Shown piece by piece: positions 11,302 through 21,563 of a stretch of DNA of 64,000 nt. The notes under the pieces were generated by a model that worked only from the letters and a program-made list of their open reading frames with translations, ran no database searches and had not been told where the DNA came from. Source of the stretch: Savitreella phatthalungensis (lineage: Eukaryota). Both the position numbers and the translations under genes were made by a program. Location of the stretch: contig AP039698.1 in the NCBI GenBank assembly GCA_051599415.1, positions 434,001 to 498,000 on the forward strand. The letters are read 5' to 3'. How positions within the stretch are numbered: the first letter of the stretch is position 1; each line of letters begins with the position of its first letter.

Positions 11302-12831
11302 ATGGAAACCAGTCCGCGAATAGATCCTGGAGTAGCTTTGGAAGCGCCGGACAGGAGCGTGATGGGTGGTGCACTCTCCCGTGAAGATATGCTGTCGCGG
11401 CCAATCAGGATCCTGTGTGCTGGCGACAGCATCACCGAGGGGATGTCCGCCCATCAGCCGCAGCCTCATCCGTACTCGAACGAGCTTGCGGCCATGCTAG
11501 GCAAGACCCCCAGCGCCGTACACAACGTCGGTGTGTCAGGAGCTAAGATTCGCGAGATTCAAGGCTTTATGCGAGATGGCCTGTCAAAACACGGAAGGCA
11601 AGATTTGGTACTTGTCCTGGCAGGGACGAATGATCTAGGCCTGGAGGACGCGGATGTCGGGGCTGCTTTCGATGAGCTTAGAGACTTGTGGGCAGAGGCA
11701 CGGAAGACTGGTGCTCGGGTAGTGGCTATGACGATGCTAGAAATCAAATTCGCTGGCGAGTTCCGCAATCGAGGACTAGCGCTAAACAAGCTAATACGTG
11801 ATCACTTCGATAACATCAATCAGGACGAGCGTCTGGTCATGTTTGACGCATACGACGCTTTCCCTGAGGAAGGCGGCAACGAATATTGGTCGGATCCTGT
11901 ACATCCTTCAGCCTTGGGTTACAAACGCCTTGGCGAACAGATTGGGAGCTGGTTAGCGAGCACGTTCGATTGGGATGCTATCAGACGGAAGACGTTCTTC
12001 CGACCATGTATTGACATACACTCGGGCGTAGTCAAGCAAATTGTTGGTGGCACTCTATCAGATGCGCTTGCGCCCGCAGCGACCGAACTTAAGACGAATT
12101 TCGTGTCTGAGCATCCAGCTAGCTGGTTTGCTGAGATTTACCGTCAGTACAATCTGACGGGCGGACACGTCATCATGCTCGGTCCAGGTTGTGAGGAAGC
12201 TGCAAAGGGTGCGCTCGCTGCCTGGCCAGATAGACTCCAGGTAGGTGGGGGTATCAACAATCGCAACGCAGCGGGCTGGATCACCGCCGGGGCCTCGAAA
12301 GTCATCGTGACGTCGTGGCTTTTCCCAGACGGTGAGTTTGACATTGACAGACTCGACATGCTGAGACAGCTCGTTGGTAGGGACAGGATCGTGGTAGATC
12401 TGTCATGTCGGAGGCGGAAGTCGTCATCTAGCACGGCTCCAGCGTGGACAGTGGCTATGAACAAGTGGCAGACACTGACAACGCTCGACATCACAAATGA
12501 TGCCTTGGATAGGCTTGCAGATTACTGCAGCGAATTCTTAGTCCATGCCGCTGACGTCGAAGGGCTGCAGCAAGGCGTCGACGAAGCTCTGGTTACGTTC
12601 TTGGGACAGTGGGCAGCTCGCCGGAAAGAGCGGCTGAAAAGAGAAGGTACTTTGGGCGATGATTTCGGCGTCACCTATGCGGGAGGCGCACGCTATGTGG
12701 ACGACCTTCGTAATGTGCACACTCTGTCAGGCGGATTCGTTGACTTGACCATTGGCTCGGCCCTCGACATTTTCGGCGGGTCAGGTGCGACCTTGAAGCA
12801 GTGTATCGAGTGGAATCTAGCCATTCTGTAG
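11302..12831 (+). CDS. HIS6: Fusion of an N-terminal SGNH/GDSL hydrolase and a C-terminal ProFAR isomerase (His6)
   Basis: SGNH blocks GDSITEG, GVSG, GTND, DPVHP, followed in frame from ~11990 by His6 motifs FRPCIDIHSGVVKQIVGGTL, GGHVIMLGPG, LQVGGGI, EFLVHAADVEGL, DLTIGSALDIFGG. Confidence 0.9.
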   Translation: METSPRIDPGVALEAPDRSVMGGALSREDMLSRPIRILCAGDSITEGMSAHQPQPHPYSNELAAMLGKTPSAVHNVGVSGAKIREIQGFMRDGLSKHGRQDLVLVLAGTNDLGLEDADVGAAFDELRDLWAEARKTGARVVAMTMLEIKFAGEFRNRGLALNKLIRDHFDNINQDERLVMFDAYDAFPEEGGNEYWSDPVHPSALGYKRLGEQIGSWLASTFDWDAIRRKTFFRPCIDIHSGVVKQIVGGTLSDALAPAATELKTNFVSEHPASWFAEIYRQYNLTGGHVIMLGPGCEEAAKGALAAWPDRLQVGGGINNRNAAGWITAGASKVIVTSWLFPDGEFDIDRLDMLRQLVGRDRIVVDLSCRRRKSSSSTAPAWTVAMNKWQTLTTLDITNDALDRLADYCSEFLVHAADVEGLQQGVDEALVTFLGQWAARRKERLKREGTLGDDFGVTYAGGARYVDDLRNVHTLSGGFVDLTIGSALDIFGGSGATLKQCIEWNLAIL

Positions 12832-12925
12832 GACCAAGTGCCTTGTAACTACGCAACGACGATAATCAGGATGAAGACATGCTTTGCTTGCTAAATTGCT
12901 CGCTTGTTACGGAGAATGTAAATTA

Positions 12926-14083
12926 TTAGTCGGTAACGTGAACGACGCCAGGCTTGTATTTGCCTTCTTCGCCGGTCAGCGGCTCGTCGTAATACGTATT
13001 TGAGCGGTACATGCGTAGATATTTCATCGTGTCCGGTCCGAGCTGCTGCTCTTGAACCCCAAGATCAGAAAACCCGAGAACAGAGCCTGCCGGAGATGGC
13101 TTCTCATCGATGAATTGCCGCTCGATCTGGTCAGCTGAAGCAATGTTCCACCACAGAACTTTGTCGAGAACGGAAGCAAGCGCCTGCATCGGCGCCTTTG
13201 GCATGTTGTAATGACGAGGCTTCTTGAGCGTAATCTGAGCGACAAGCTCTGAGATCTTTGCCACTGTGATTGGGTCTCGACCACGGAGCTCGTATGTTTG
13301 ACCGGTGGAATTGTCGTTGTGCATCATGGCCTCGAGTGCTACTGCGACATCGCGAACAAATGCGGGATAGACCGTCTCCTTCATGTGATTGACTGTGAGG
13401 ATGGTCTTTGCTGTGGCGAGATTGTTTAGGAAGCGATCTTCCACGCCATAAATCACCGCGGGCCGGACGATCGTGGCTTCCGGGTAGACTTCCCGCACAG
13501 CCTGCTCACCGAAGGCCTTTGTCTTGAGGAATTGAGAAGTCGAGGCTGGGTTAGCTCCGAGAGCGGAGACGTGGACGAACCGGTCAACATCGTACTTAGC
13601 ACATGCCTCCGCGATACGGCGAGCACCCTGGACGTGGACCTGCTCAAAATCGAAGTTTTTCGTTTCGTAGTCGCGCCCAATCAGATTGTAGACGATGTTG
13701 GAATGACGAACTGCCTCTTCAATTGACTGCCGGTTGGTGAGGGCGAATTCCATGGGGATGACCTGTCCGAGATCACCACTGACTTTGAGATCGCGCTTGC
13801 GCATATCGTCACGATGAGGAATGATAACAGTTGTGCCCTGCTTTGCGAGGCGAGAGACGAGGTATCTTCCGAGGAATCCTGTTGCGCCGAAGACCGTGGC
13901 TGTGTGTCCGGAAACAGCAGAGCGATCTCCAGATCCGTGGCGCATGATTGTCTTTCCTGTGCGTGAGATCATGATGTCTGCAACTCCACGACGTTGCGCT
14001 GTGCCGACTGCTACAACGTTTGCTTTTATGCTGCAGCACCGTGCAATGCCATGACCGCGTCTACTGACAAGCATGAGCGTCAT
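12926..14083 (-). CDS. NDUFA9: NADH:ubiquinone oxidoreductase 39/40 kDa subunit (atypical SDR)
   Basis: RSAVSGHTATVFGATGFLGRYLV, DLKVSGDLGQV, YNLIGRDYETKNF, GVEDRFLN. Confidence 0.95.
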   Translation of the reverse strand: MTLMLVSRRGHGIARCCSIKANVVAVGTAQRRGVADIMISRTGKTIMRHGSGDRSAVSGHTATVFGATGFLGRYLVSRLAKQGTTVIIPHRDDMRKRDLKVSGDLGQVIPMEFALTNRQSIEEAVRHSNIVYNLIGRDYETKNFDFEQVHVQGARRIAEACAKYDVDRFVHVSALGANPASTSQFLKTKAFGEQAVREVYPEATIVRPAVIYGVEDRFLNNLATAKTILTVNHMKETVYPAFVRDVAVALEAMMHNDNSTGQTYELRGRDPITVAKISELVAQITLKKPRHYNMPKAPMQALASVLDKVLWWNIASADQIERQFIDEKPSPAGSVLGFSDLGVQEQQLGPDTMKYLRMYRSNTYYDEPLTGEEGKYKPGVVHVTD

Positions 14084-15065
14084 GACGAGTCGAGTCAGAT
14101 CAGATCAGCCCAGCAGGCGAGTAAAATGGTTTTGAGTCAAAGTGTTCTGCTCTTGAGCAATGACACTGGATGAAGTGGCCGACAATCGAGCCGTCTGTTG
14201 CTGCACCGTACGGTACTGCACTGTGCACTAGGATCAAGAGCACCTTAATTACAGCTCAGGTGCAGTAGACTGGTCCAGTCGAGTCAAGTCGAGTCTTGGT
14301 CAAGTGGAGGGTTACGGTCGATGAGAGTGAGTAAGGGTGAAGCCGGACAGCCGGGTGTGATTTCGTTAACAGCATATACAGTAAATTCTATCGCGCACGC
14401 ACGCAAACCTCTCTCCCTCTAAATGCATCTACACGTGAATCTTTATCTACACGCACGCTACAGGAGAGACTACCATGTTCAATGAACTGAAATAGGTGCG
14501 ATAGGTGCATACTAGCTATAATAATTAATCATGATCGAATTTAAATATCATATATCCGTGAAGTAAAACTGATATCTCTTCCACTTAGTTTCGATGTATA
14601 GTATTTTTAAAGATGCCGATTTATACTGGATCTATAATTTAGACATTTCATCTTCAGTTGATGCGGTATACACGTAAACTGCAGTGAGTGAATGAATAAA
14701 CGTAATTAAGTGAACGCGAATGTCGCCTGGGTGTTCATGCATTCCGTCGAGCACACACACGTGTCCACCATTTGCATAAGTCTGTAGCCGCATTCCATCA
14801 TTTGGCTGTCGTAACGTAATCTCTCAGACACCTATCCTTCCGTTGGACGAGCGATGTGTATGGTAGTACATGCACCGGCGTATGTCTAATAACGCGAGCG
14901 GCCTTGGAGACGATTGCTCAGCCAAACACGAAGCGTTTGGAGAAGCAAACGTTGTATCCTGTTCAAAAGTCTCGTCCGTGGGCACCCTAGGTCATCACGA
15001 CGTATCAGTCGTATGAGTTAGCCGGTAAGGTCAGCAAACACGGCTCAAAGATACGTTTCTTGGCC

Positions 15066-15183
15066 GGCTGCCTTTGGCGTGCTTATGCAACCGGCACATT
15101 GATTGCACTTGCTTCTGACAGCCTACAATCGAAGAAGCAAGTGCAATCGATGTGCCAACGGAATAAGAATGCCAAAGGCAGCC
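15066..15183 (+). ncRNA. Pre-miRNA-like long hairpin (candidate structured ncRNA)
   Basis: Arms 15066-15116 and 15133-15183 pair without gaps: 43 Watson-Crick pairs, 2 G-U and 6 mismatches, with a 16-nt loop. Intergenic. Transcription not shown. Confidence 0.5.
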
Positions 15184-15695
15184 AACCGCTCCTCGGTCGG
15201 CAAGAAGCGATGGCAAAGTAGTCAAGATGCTTCTCGGTGATATGTTGACAAAATGCTAGTCTTCTATTCTTCCCAATTACTTATGTGGCTGTCCTCAGCA
15301 CCTTGATCGCGTTTCTGCATTGACGTCCATTGTACGCACTGCATGAAGAATAAGCCCATCCTCTTGTGTTTTAGCGTTGACGGGAGTGTTGGTGCATTGA
15401 TCCTGAACCCGAATTAATTCTGATTCTGCTACGTCTTCGATTCGGTAACTAGTAGTAGAAGGTATATCTGGAACTTGAAGCGTACGTCACGCGTTCAAGC
15501 TTCTCAACCACAGTGAGTGTTACCAAGCAGGTGAGTCGAGCAGTGAAGCAGCCACGCAAGCAGCCGTGCGCAAGTTACACGCGCCAGGCCGAGCCCCGCG
15601 AGCTACCGACAAGGCCAATAGTAGCGCAGTCATAAGCTCCTGCAAACATTCACAGTCTTGTCAGAACCATCATACGCACTGCCTAAATTTCGACC

Positions 15696-16886
15696 ATGGC
15701 CTCTATGGACGGAGTTACATCGAACCAGCATGGCACAAAGGTCGATCCTGAAGAATACCTTACAGAGCTGTCCGAGCGTTCAGACGTCCCTGAGCTCCTG
15801 CCTGGCTTCTGCCTCAACTTCATCTCCCTGCATGAACGCAAACTATGGAAGCAGCTGACAGACGAACTAATGCGCTTCTACGATCTGTCAGAGTCAAAAC
15901 CATACCGCATGGACATCTATACAAACTTCATTGAACAGTTCGCGAAGCACATGTCACAGCTCAAGCGCGTCCTCCTTGCCGTATCAGCAGCAAACGCTGA
16001 CAGCACTTCACCACAACAATCGCTCGATTTTGTGACTAAAGTCGCACAACAGGTCGACCAGCCAAATTCCCGCGATGCGTTTGTCTATGCAGAGATTGAG
16101 GTCGCTCGCTTGCAGCTTGTCCTCGGAGATGCTGACAAGGCGAAAGCTTCAGCAGCAAAGGCAGGCGAAGTGCTCGACACGTTCGATTCCGTCGATCCAC
16201 TTATCCACGCAGCCTATTATCGTGTCATGTCAGACTATCACAAGGCCAAGGCTGAATATACACAATACTACCGTACATCGCTTCTCTATCTTGCCTGCGT
16301 CAAGCTGGAAGACATGACGGATGAGGAGAAGGCACTGCGAGCTCACGATCTGAGCCTCAGCGCATTGCTGGGCGAGCGCATCTACAACTTCGGAGAGCTG
16401 CTGCTCCATCCGATTCTGAATGCCCTTGATGGCACGCCTCATTCTTGGCTGAAAGAATTCGTCGTTGCCATGAATGCAGGCGATTTACTGAGATTCGAGG
16501 GCCTTCTCAAGCACCTGCCTCAGCAACCCCTCCTCGAGAGCCAATTGGGCTTCTTGCGGCAGAAGGTCTGTCTTATGGCCCTGATTGAGTCAGTCTTCAG
16601 GCGACCTCCACACGACCGCGTCCTCGGCTTCGCAACGATCGCCCAAGAGACACGTCTTCCCATCTATGAGGTCGAGCACCTTGTTATGAAAGCTCTCTCG
16701 CTAGACTTGATCCGAGGCGCAATCGATGAAGTCGATTCCATCGTCGAGGTATCCTGGGTTCAACCCCGCGTACTAGATCTTGCGCAGATCGAGAGCATGC
16801 GCAGCAGGCTGCTTGACTGGACGCACGATGTGAAGAAAGTCGAATCGCTGATGCATGCTCAGGCCAAGTCGTTCATCGAGGTATAG
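15696..16886 (+). CDS. RPN9: 26S proteasome lid subunit Rpn9 (PCI domain)
   Basis: ERKLWKQLT, LSALLGERIYNFGELLLHPIL, VEHLVMKALSLDLIRGAIDEV, WVQPRVL. Confidence 0.96.
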   Translation: MASMDGVTSNQHGTKVDPEEYLTELSERSDVPELLPGFCLNFISLHERKLWKQLTDELMRFYDLSESKPYRMDIYTNFIEQFAKHMSQLKRVLLAVSAANADSTSPQQSLDFVTKVAQQVDQPNSRDAFVYAEIEVARLQLVLGDADKAKASAAKAGEVLDTFDSVDPLIHAAYYRVMSDYHKAKAEYTQYYRTSLLYLACVKLEDMTDEEKALRAHDLSLSALLGERIYNFGELLLHPILNALDGTPHSWLKEFVVAMNAGDLLRFEGLLKHLPQQPLLESQLGFLRQKVCLMALIESVFRRPPHDRVLGFATIAQETRLPIYEVEHLVMKALSLDLIRGAIDEVDSIVEVSWVQPRVLDLAQIESMRSRLLDWTHDVKKVESLMHAQAKSFIEV

Positions 16887-17333
16887 TAGGTACTTCGAAA
16901 ATCTGAGAATGGTCTGAGATTGACAACTAATGATGGCTTTCTGTAGCACTATGCATATGGTACTCGTGTCACAACGATCTACCTGCTTGACATTCCCGAG
17001 AGCGCACCAAGGACCATGATTTAGCAGTGTGCACGGGCAACGACACCGAGTCGCGACCGAATATGCTGTTGCCTTAATCTTTAATTCGTTCGAACGTGCT
17101 GGACTGGCGTGCAATCACGTCGAATCAACACGTGCATGTTGTTTCATCACCGTAACCAAAATAAAGTCCAAGCACGCGGAAACGCGCACAGTTCTAGCCA
17201 CCAACGCGGCTATATTGACTTTGCGCGTCCCAAGCTCCTGTCGAATCTCTTGGAAGATACTCGCAAGAGCGTGGATTCGCAGCGCTCTGCATCGCGGACA
17301 AGATGCTGTGAAGATCTCACGAGCTCACGCGAC

Positions 17334-20300
17334 ATGTCTTACGACGACGCGAATGAATCGCCTTCATCGTTGCCACGATCCTTGTCAATTTCCAGCTTGG
17401 AAGGCAGACAGCATCAGCATGACGCGCTGTCAGCATCGCCAGCGCGATCTTCACTTGGCAATCGATCGTTCAGAAGTCCATCTTTAACTCGGTCTGGCTC
17501 TGGCTATGATCTTGGCGCCGCGAAACCCGTTGTCGGGGAAATTCAGACTGGTGCTGCGCCCTTCCCTCCTTTGCGAATACAGCGCATGTCTACGCGCCTT
17601 GGAGCACCCTCTCCAGCATTTATGCGTGCTCGTAGGCCGCAAGTTGGTGAGGTCGCTGAAGACGAGGATATTCTATACGACGCTCCGCGCCGTGCTGCAT
17701 CGCAACCGGTCAGCGCGCTCTCCCAGCAGACGGCAGCTGCAGCCGCAGCGGAAGCTGCCAAGCTCGCGCAATCTGTCCCGCCCGGTCAGACACGTCCGCC
17801 TTTGGAGGACACCATTGAGGAAATGTCGGAAGCAGCAATCCTGTCAATAGCTCACACATCTGCGACACAGGAAGGTTCTGAAGGGGACAAACAGTCACCG
17901 GCTCCTGTCGATACAGTAGCGGCGCCAGTGGCGGAAACGTCTTGGCTCTCCAAATTCGGCAGCGCCGCCCGTTCCTCTTTAGGGTTGAAAGGCCGCGCCT
18001 CGCGAAGACTCTCACAATCATCCTCGATCTCATCCATCAATACACCGCGGAAAGCACATTCCGTTGAAGTTTTGTCTGCCCCGCCAGTCAATGATACCAG
18101 CATTTTGCCGGCTGACTTGCTTGATGCTCATGATCACCTCGAAACCCCAGAGGCGCTGGCCGAGATCAATGCGGCATCCATCGCGGCGGTTGTCAGCGCG
18201 TCGGCTGCAACGAGCGCTCCTGAGCAGCCCGAGACTGGCTATATAGAGGCTCCTGCCACCCAGTTTCAGGACGAATCGTTGGCAGATGTGTCATTCGAGC
18301 CCTCGTTCATGGCACCACGCCATATGCCAGGCGCCAGGCCTCAACTAAATTCTGCAGATGTAAGAAGAGAACCCATGCGGCAATTGTCGAATCTTTCTGA
18401 GGTATCGGATCACTTGATCGCTTTGCCAATGCATACGGATCGTTCAATAGCTCCGCAGAAGCGCTTCACTAGTCATTCGCTCGAGGGCAACGGTGGATTT
18501 AGTTCACCAATAGCCCCAGAGCCGGCGTTCGCGGCTCGCCATTGGGAGACGCCAGCTGACACGCGAAGGCTTGTCCGGGAGGCTCCGACGAAGACGGCTG
18601 TAGCGAAACGTGTGCAGGAGCTGAAGATTCCGGCGGCTGAGCTTGATATGATCAGATCATCTGTTAATGAGCTTGACTCATCCGCAGCCAAGGAGCGGAC
18701 AAAGCAGCTCTCCGTCAACGAATCTACGCAAACGATCGATGCGCTACAGAAGGACAACTTCGAGCTTCGCTTGAAGATATACTTCCTTGAGAAGCAGCTA
18801 AGTCAGGAACAAGACACAGACAAGCAATCGCTTCTCCGGGACAATGCGCGGCTTAACGTTGAGGCGACGAAGCTCGCTCAGGCTGCACAGATGCGCGAAA
18901 GACGCTCCAAAGCTCTCGAGAAGCAGGTCGAGGATCTCGAGTATGAGAAAATGAATTTGCAACGACAACTTGACGGCGGCACGCAACCGGGCCCGGAAGA
19001 CGGTGCGATAGACGACCTCTACCTGCGCCTCAACGAGCAGGAGCGTGTCATCCTCGAGCTCGAAGCTGCCGAGGCGCGGTTGCGCGACGATGTGCGCCAG
19101 GCAGTCGCACGTGCAGAGCAAGCAGAATTACGAGCAAAGGCTGGAAGTGTCACGACAGTCAGAACAGAGGATCTCGAGCACGCTCGACAGAACGGCGATC
19201 GCTCCCTGGAAAACCCGCAAGTAGCTGCGAAGCAAGTGCTGTCGCTTCGTAAGCAGGTTGACTCGCTGAATCACGAGCTCGCAAATCGTCTTGAAGAAAT
19301 TTCGTCAACGAAGATGCGCGCAGCCGATCTTGAAGACGAGGTAGCGAAACTCGAGGAGGCATACGACTACGCCGAAGAAGAGCGTAATGCCCAACTACAG
19401 GATTTGGCAGACAAGGCTGAGCTGGAGCGTCGCGAGTTTGAACTGTACATTGACGAGCTGCATGCTGAGCTGTCGGATTCACAGGCTGGCATACGTGCTC
19501 ACGAGCAGACAGTCGCGCGTCGCATCGCTGAAGCCATCAAGCCGCACGAGCAGGCATGGCGCACTGTGACAGCTGACCTGAACGAGCTCGAAAGAATTGT
19601 GGAACGCGAGCGTGGAGAGTGGGCGTCGGAGCGTAGGGCTTTCGAAGCCGAGCTCGATGTGGTAACCGCGCGTGAACACACGCTCGGATCAGAGCTCAGT
19701 GCTGCCCGCCGTCGCGTTCGAGAGCTCAGTGCGGAGCGCGAAGAAGCAGAACAAAAGTTGCAAGACCTGGCGCAAGAGTATGATGACCACATCGCTGCCA
19801 CCTCGGAGGACTTGGCGAGAGAGATGAAGCAGCTCAAGATGGACCTTGCCCGGGCACGCGCACAATCTGTTGACCTCGCCAATGAGCTTAACGAGGCTAC
19901 TCGCCAAAGTGAATTGCTGCGCGAGCAGAAACGTTCGCTTGAGGTTGAGGTCTCAAGTCGCAAGGAGTGTCTACAAGATTTACAGGAAGACCAAGAGACA
20001 AACGAGCGCGAGCTCGCAGACCTTCGCAAGGCTGTCGACCAGCGACAGGCTCTTCTCGACGAGATTAATGCGCTCGCGGACTCCAAGGAATCAGAGAGAG
20101 CACTGGCTGCGAAAGAGGCAGCTGACGCCCGCGCTCGACAGCTTGTTGCCGAAGGAGAGATCGCAACGCTGGAGCAACAGCACGCAGAAGCCATTGCGTT
20201 GTTACAACGACAACTTGATGAGCACGCAAGCGCAGCTGTCAAATCCACTGCTGAGCTCAACGAGCTTGTCGACACCTTCATCGCTGGAAGCGAAGCGGCC

Positions 20301-21524
20301 GCTCGGCTGCCGACCTCCGCATCAATCAGACAGAAGCTTACAGCCGTTTTCGACGAGCGCGATTCGAAAGAAGCAGAGCTTCAGCGACAACTTGCTGGCG
20401 CAGGTGCAGGACAAGAGGAAGCCGTATTGTCTCTCGCGGCAAAAGCGAGGCTTGCAGATGGTTTGGAGCGAGAACTTGATAACTTACGTGCGAGACTCGA
20501 GTCTCGCGAGCAGGAATCCTCGAAATTACGCAAAGAGCTCGATGCACGCGAGAAGCAATTTGCCTCGGTTAACAAAGCGCTTCAGAAGCAGCACGACGAC
20601 CACGACAAGCGGGAGCGAGATCTGAAGCTCTCTCACGAGCGCGACGCAGGGGCATTGCGATCTATCTGCGAGGCTCTCGACAGTCTATTCGACGATGTAG
20701 GCGTCGAAGATCGTCCTGATGGTCAGTCGCTATCAAAGCTTGTCAATCAGAATGCTCCTCAAGGCACTGGCGCAAGCCCAGGCTCATTGCCATTATCGCC
20801 CCGGAAAAGCGCGAATGCCCTGCATCAGCAGCAAGAGTCTGTAGTGCAAGAGAGCGTTCGGTTGCAGAGTGTTGCTGCTGAGGCAGCGCGACAAGTTGCA
20901 CAACTTTCCAGCAAGCTTCGGCATAAGCGAAATAGCACCGACTCCGAGGCCAGGCGCAAACTTTCTGAAATTTATACACAGCTCAGCAAACGAGAAAAGG
21001 AGCTCGCTCGCACGCAGGCCAAATTGGATGAAGCGACAAGGCAGCTCAGTCAGTCGAAGCAGGCTCTGGCAGAAGCACAGACGCAAGCAGCAGATCGGCC
21101 TAAACGCATCTCTCTACCTCCTGGTCGTGAGCCCGTGCAATCGAACATGCGCTCGGGTTCAGTGCAAGGTGAGGCATGCGCACTTGTGCTTTCTGACGAC
21201 TATCGTGAAGCAGATGAGGCAACGGCGAACCGTGGCATCGAACAGGCAACCATGCTCGCTCGGATCGAGAATTTGTCGCGAGAACTGAAGGTTGTCAAGG
21301 AGCGGAGCAACGAGGAGAAACTCGCTGCCCGCGCTCGCCTGGCTGAGCAGAAGCGAATCGTCGCTGATCTACGCGAATTCCAGCGGCAGCAACAAAATAG
21401 CAATTTGTCGCAAGGAGCATCTCCAGCGCTGAATTCGGCGCCTTCACCTCCAATCCTCAGACGCGTCAAGACGTCTTCCTCTGCAACGGCTGGACCAATA
21501 ACTGCGATTAGCCGCCAGCAGTAA
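17334..21524 (+). CDS. Centrosomin/Mto1/ApsB-like gamma-tubulin complex recruiter, long coiled coil
   Basis: CM1 (Cnn_1N) motif IDALQKDNFELRLKIYFLEKQL, about 800 aa of coiled coil, and a C-terminal Mto1-type segment ARIENLSRELK..KERS...AARARLAE. First plausible ATG is 17334. Confidence 0.8.
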   Translation: MSYDDANESPSSLPRSLSISSLEGRQHQHDALSASPARSSLGNRSFRSPSLTRSGSGYDLGAAKPVVGEIQTGAAPFPPLRIQRMSTRLGAPSPAFMRARRPQVGEVAEDEDILYDAPRRAASQPVSALSQQTAAAAAAEAAKLAQSVPPGQTRPPLEDTIEEMSEAAILSIAHTSATQEGSEGDKQSPAPVDTVAAPVAETSWLSKFGSAARSSLGLKGRASRRLSQSSSISSINTPRKAHSVEVLSAPPVNDTSILPADLLDAHDHLETPEALAEINAASIAAVVSASAATSAPEQPETGYIEAPATQFQDESLADVSFEPSFMAPRHMPGARPQLNSADVRREPMRQLSNLSEVSDHLIALPMHTDRSIAPQKRFTSHSLEGNGGFSSPIAPEPAFAARHWETPADTRRLVREAPTKTAVAKRVQELKIPAAELDMIRSSVNELDSSAAKERTKQLSVNESTQTIDALQKDNFELRLKIYFLEKQLSQEQDTDKQSLLRDNARLNVEATKLAQAAQMRERRSKALEKQVEDLEYEKMNLQRQLDGGTQPGPEDGAIDDLYLRLNEQERVILELEAAEARLRDDVRQAVARAEQAELRAKAGSVTTVRTEDLEHARQNGDRSLENPQVAAKQVLSLRKQVDSLNHELANRLEEISSTKMRAADLEDEVAKLEEAYDYAEEERNAQLQDLADKAELERREFELYIDELHAELSDSQAGIRAHEQTVARRIAEAIKPHEQAWRTVTADLNELERIVERERGEWASERRAFEAELDVVTAREHTLGSELSAARRRVRELSAEREEAEQKLQDLAQEYDDHIAATSEDLAREMKQLKMDLARARAQSVDLANELNEATRQSELLREQKRSLEVEVSSRKECLQDLQEDQETNERELADLRKAVDQRQALLDEINALADSKESERALAAKEAADARARQLVAEGEIATLEQQHAEAIALLQRQLDEHASAAVKSTAELNELVDTFIAGSEAAARLPTSASIRQKLTAVFDERDSKEAELQRQLAGAGAGQEEAVLSLAAKARLADGLERELDNLRARLESREQESSKLRKELDAREKQFASVNKALQKQHDDHDKRERDLKLSHERDAGALRSICEALDSLFDDVGVEDRPDGQSLSKLVNQNAPQGTGASPGSLPLSPRKSANALHQQQESVVQESVRLQSVAAEAARQVAQLSSKLRHKRNSTDSEARRKLSEIYTQLSKREKELARTQAKLDEATRQLSQSKQALAEAQTQAADRPKRISLPPGREPVQSNMRSGSVQGEACALVLSDDYREADEATANRGIEQATMLARIENLSRELKVVKERSNEEKLAARARLAEQKRIVADLREFQRQQQNSNLSQGASPALNSAPSPPILRRVKTSSSATAGPITAISRQQ

Positions 21525-21563
21525 ATGTATGAGAATGATAACGGGTCTTAGCAATCCTCGTAA

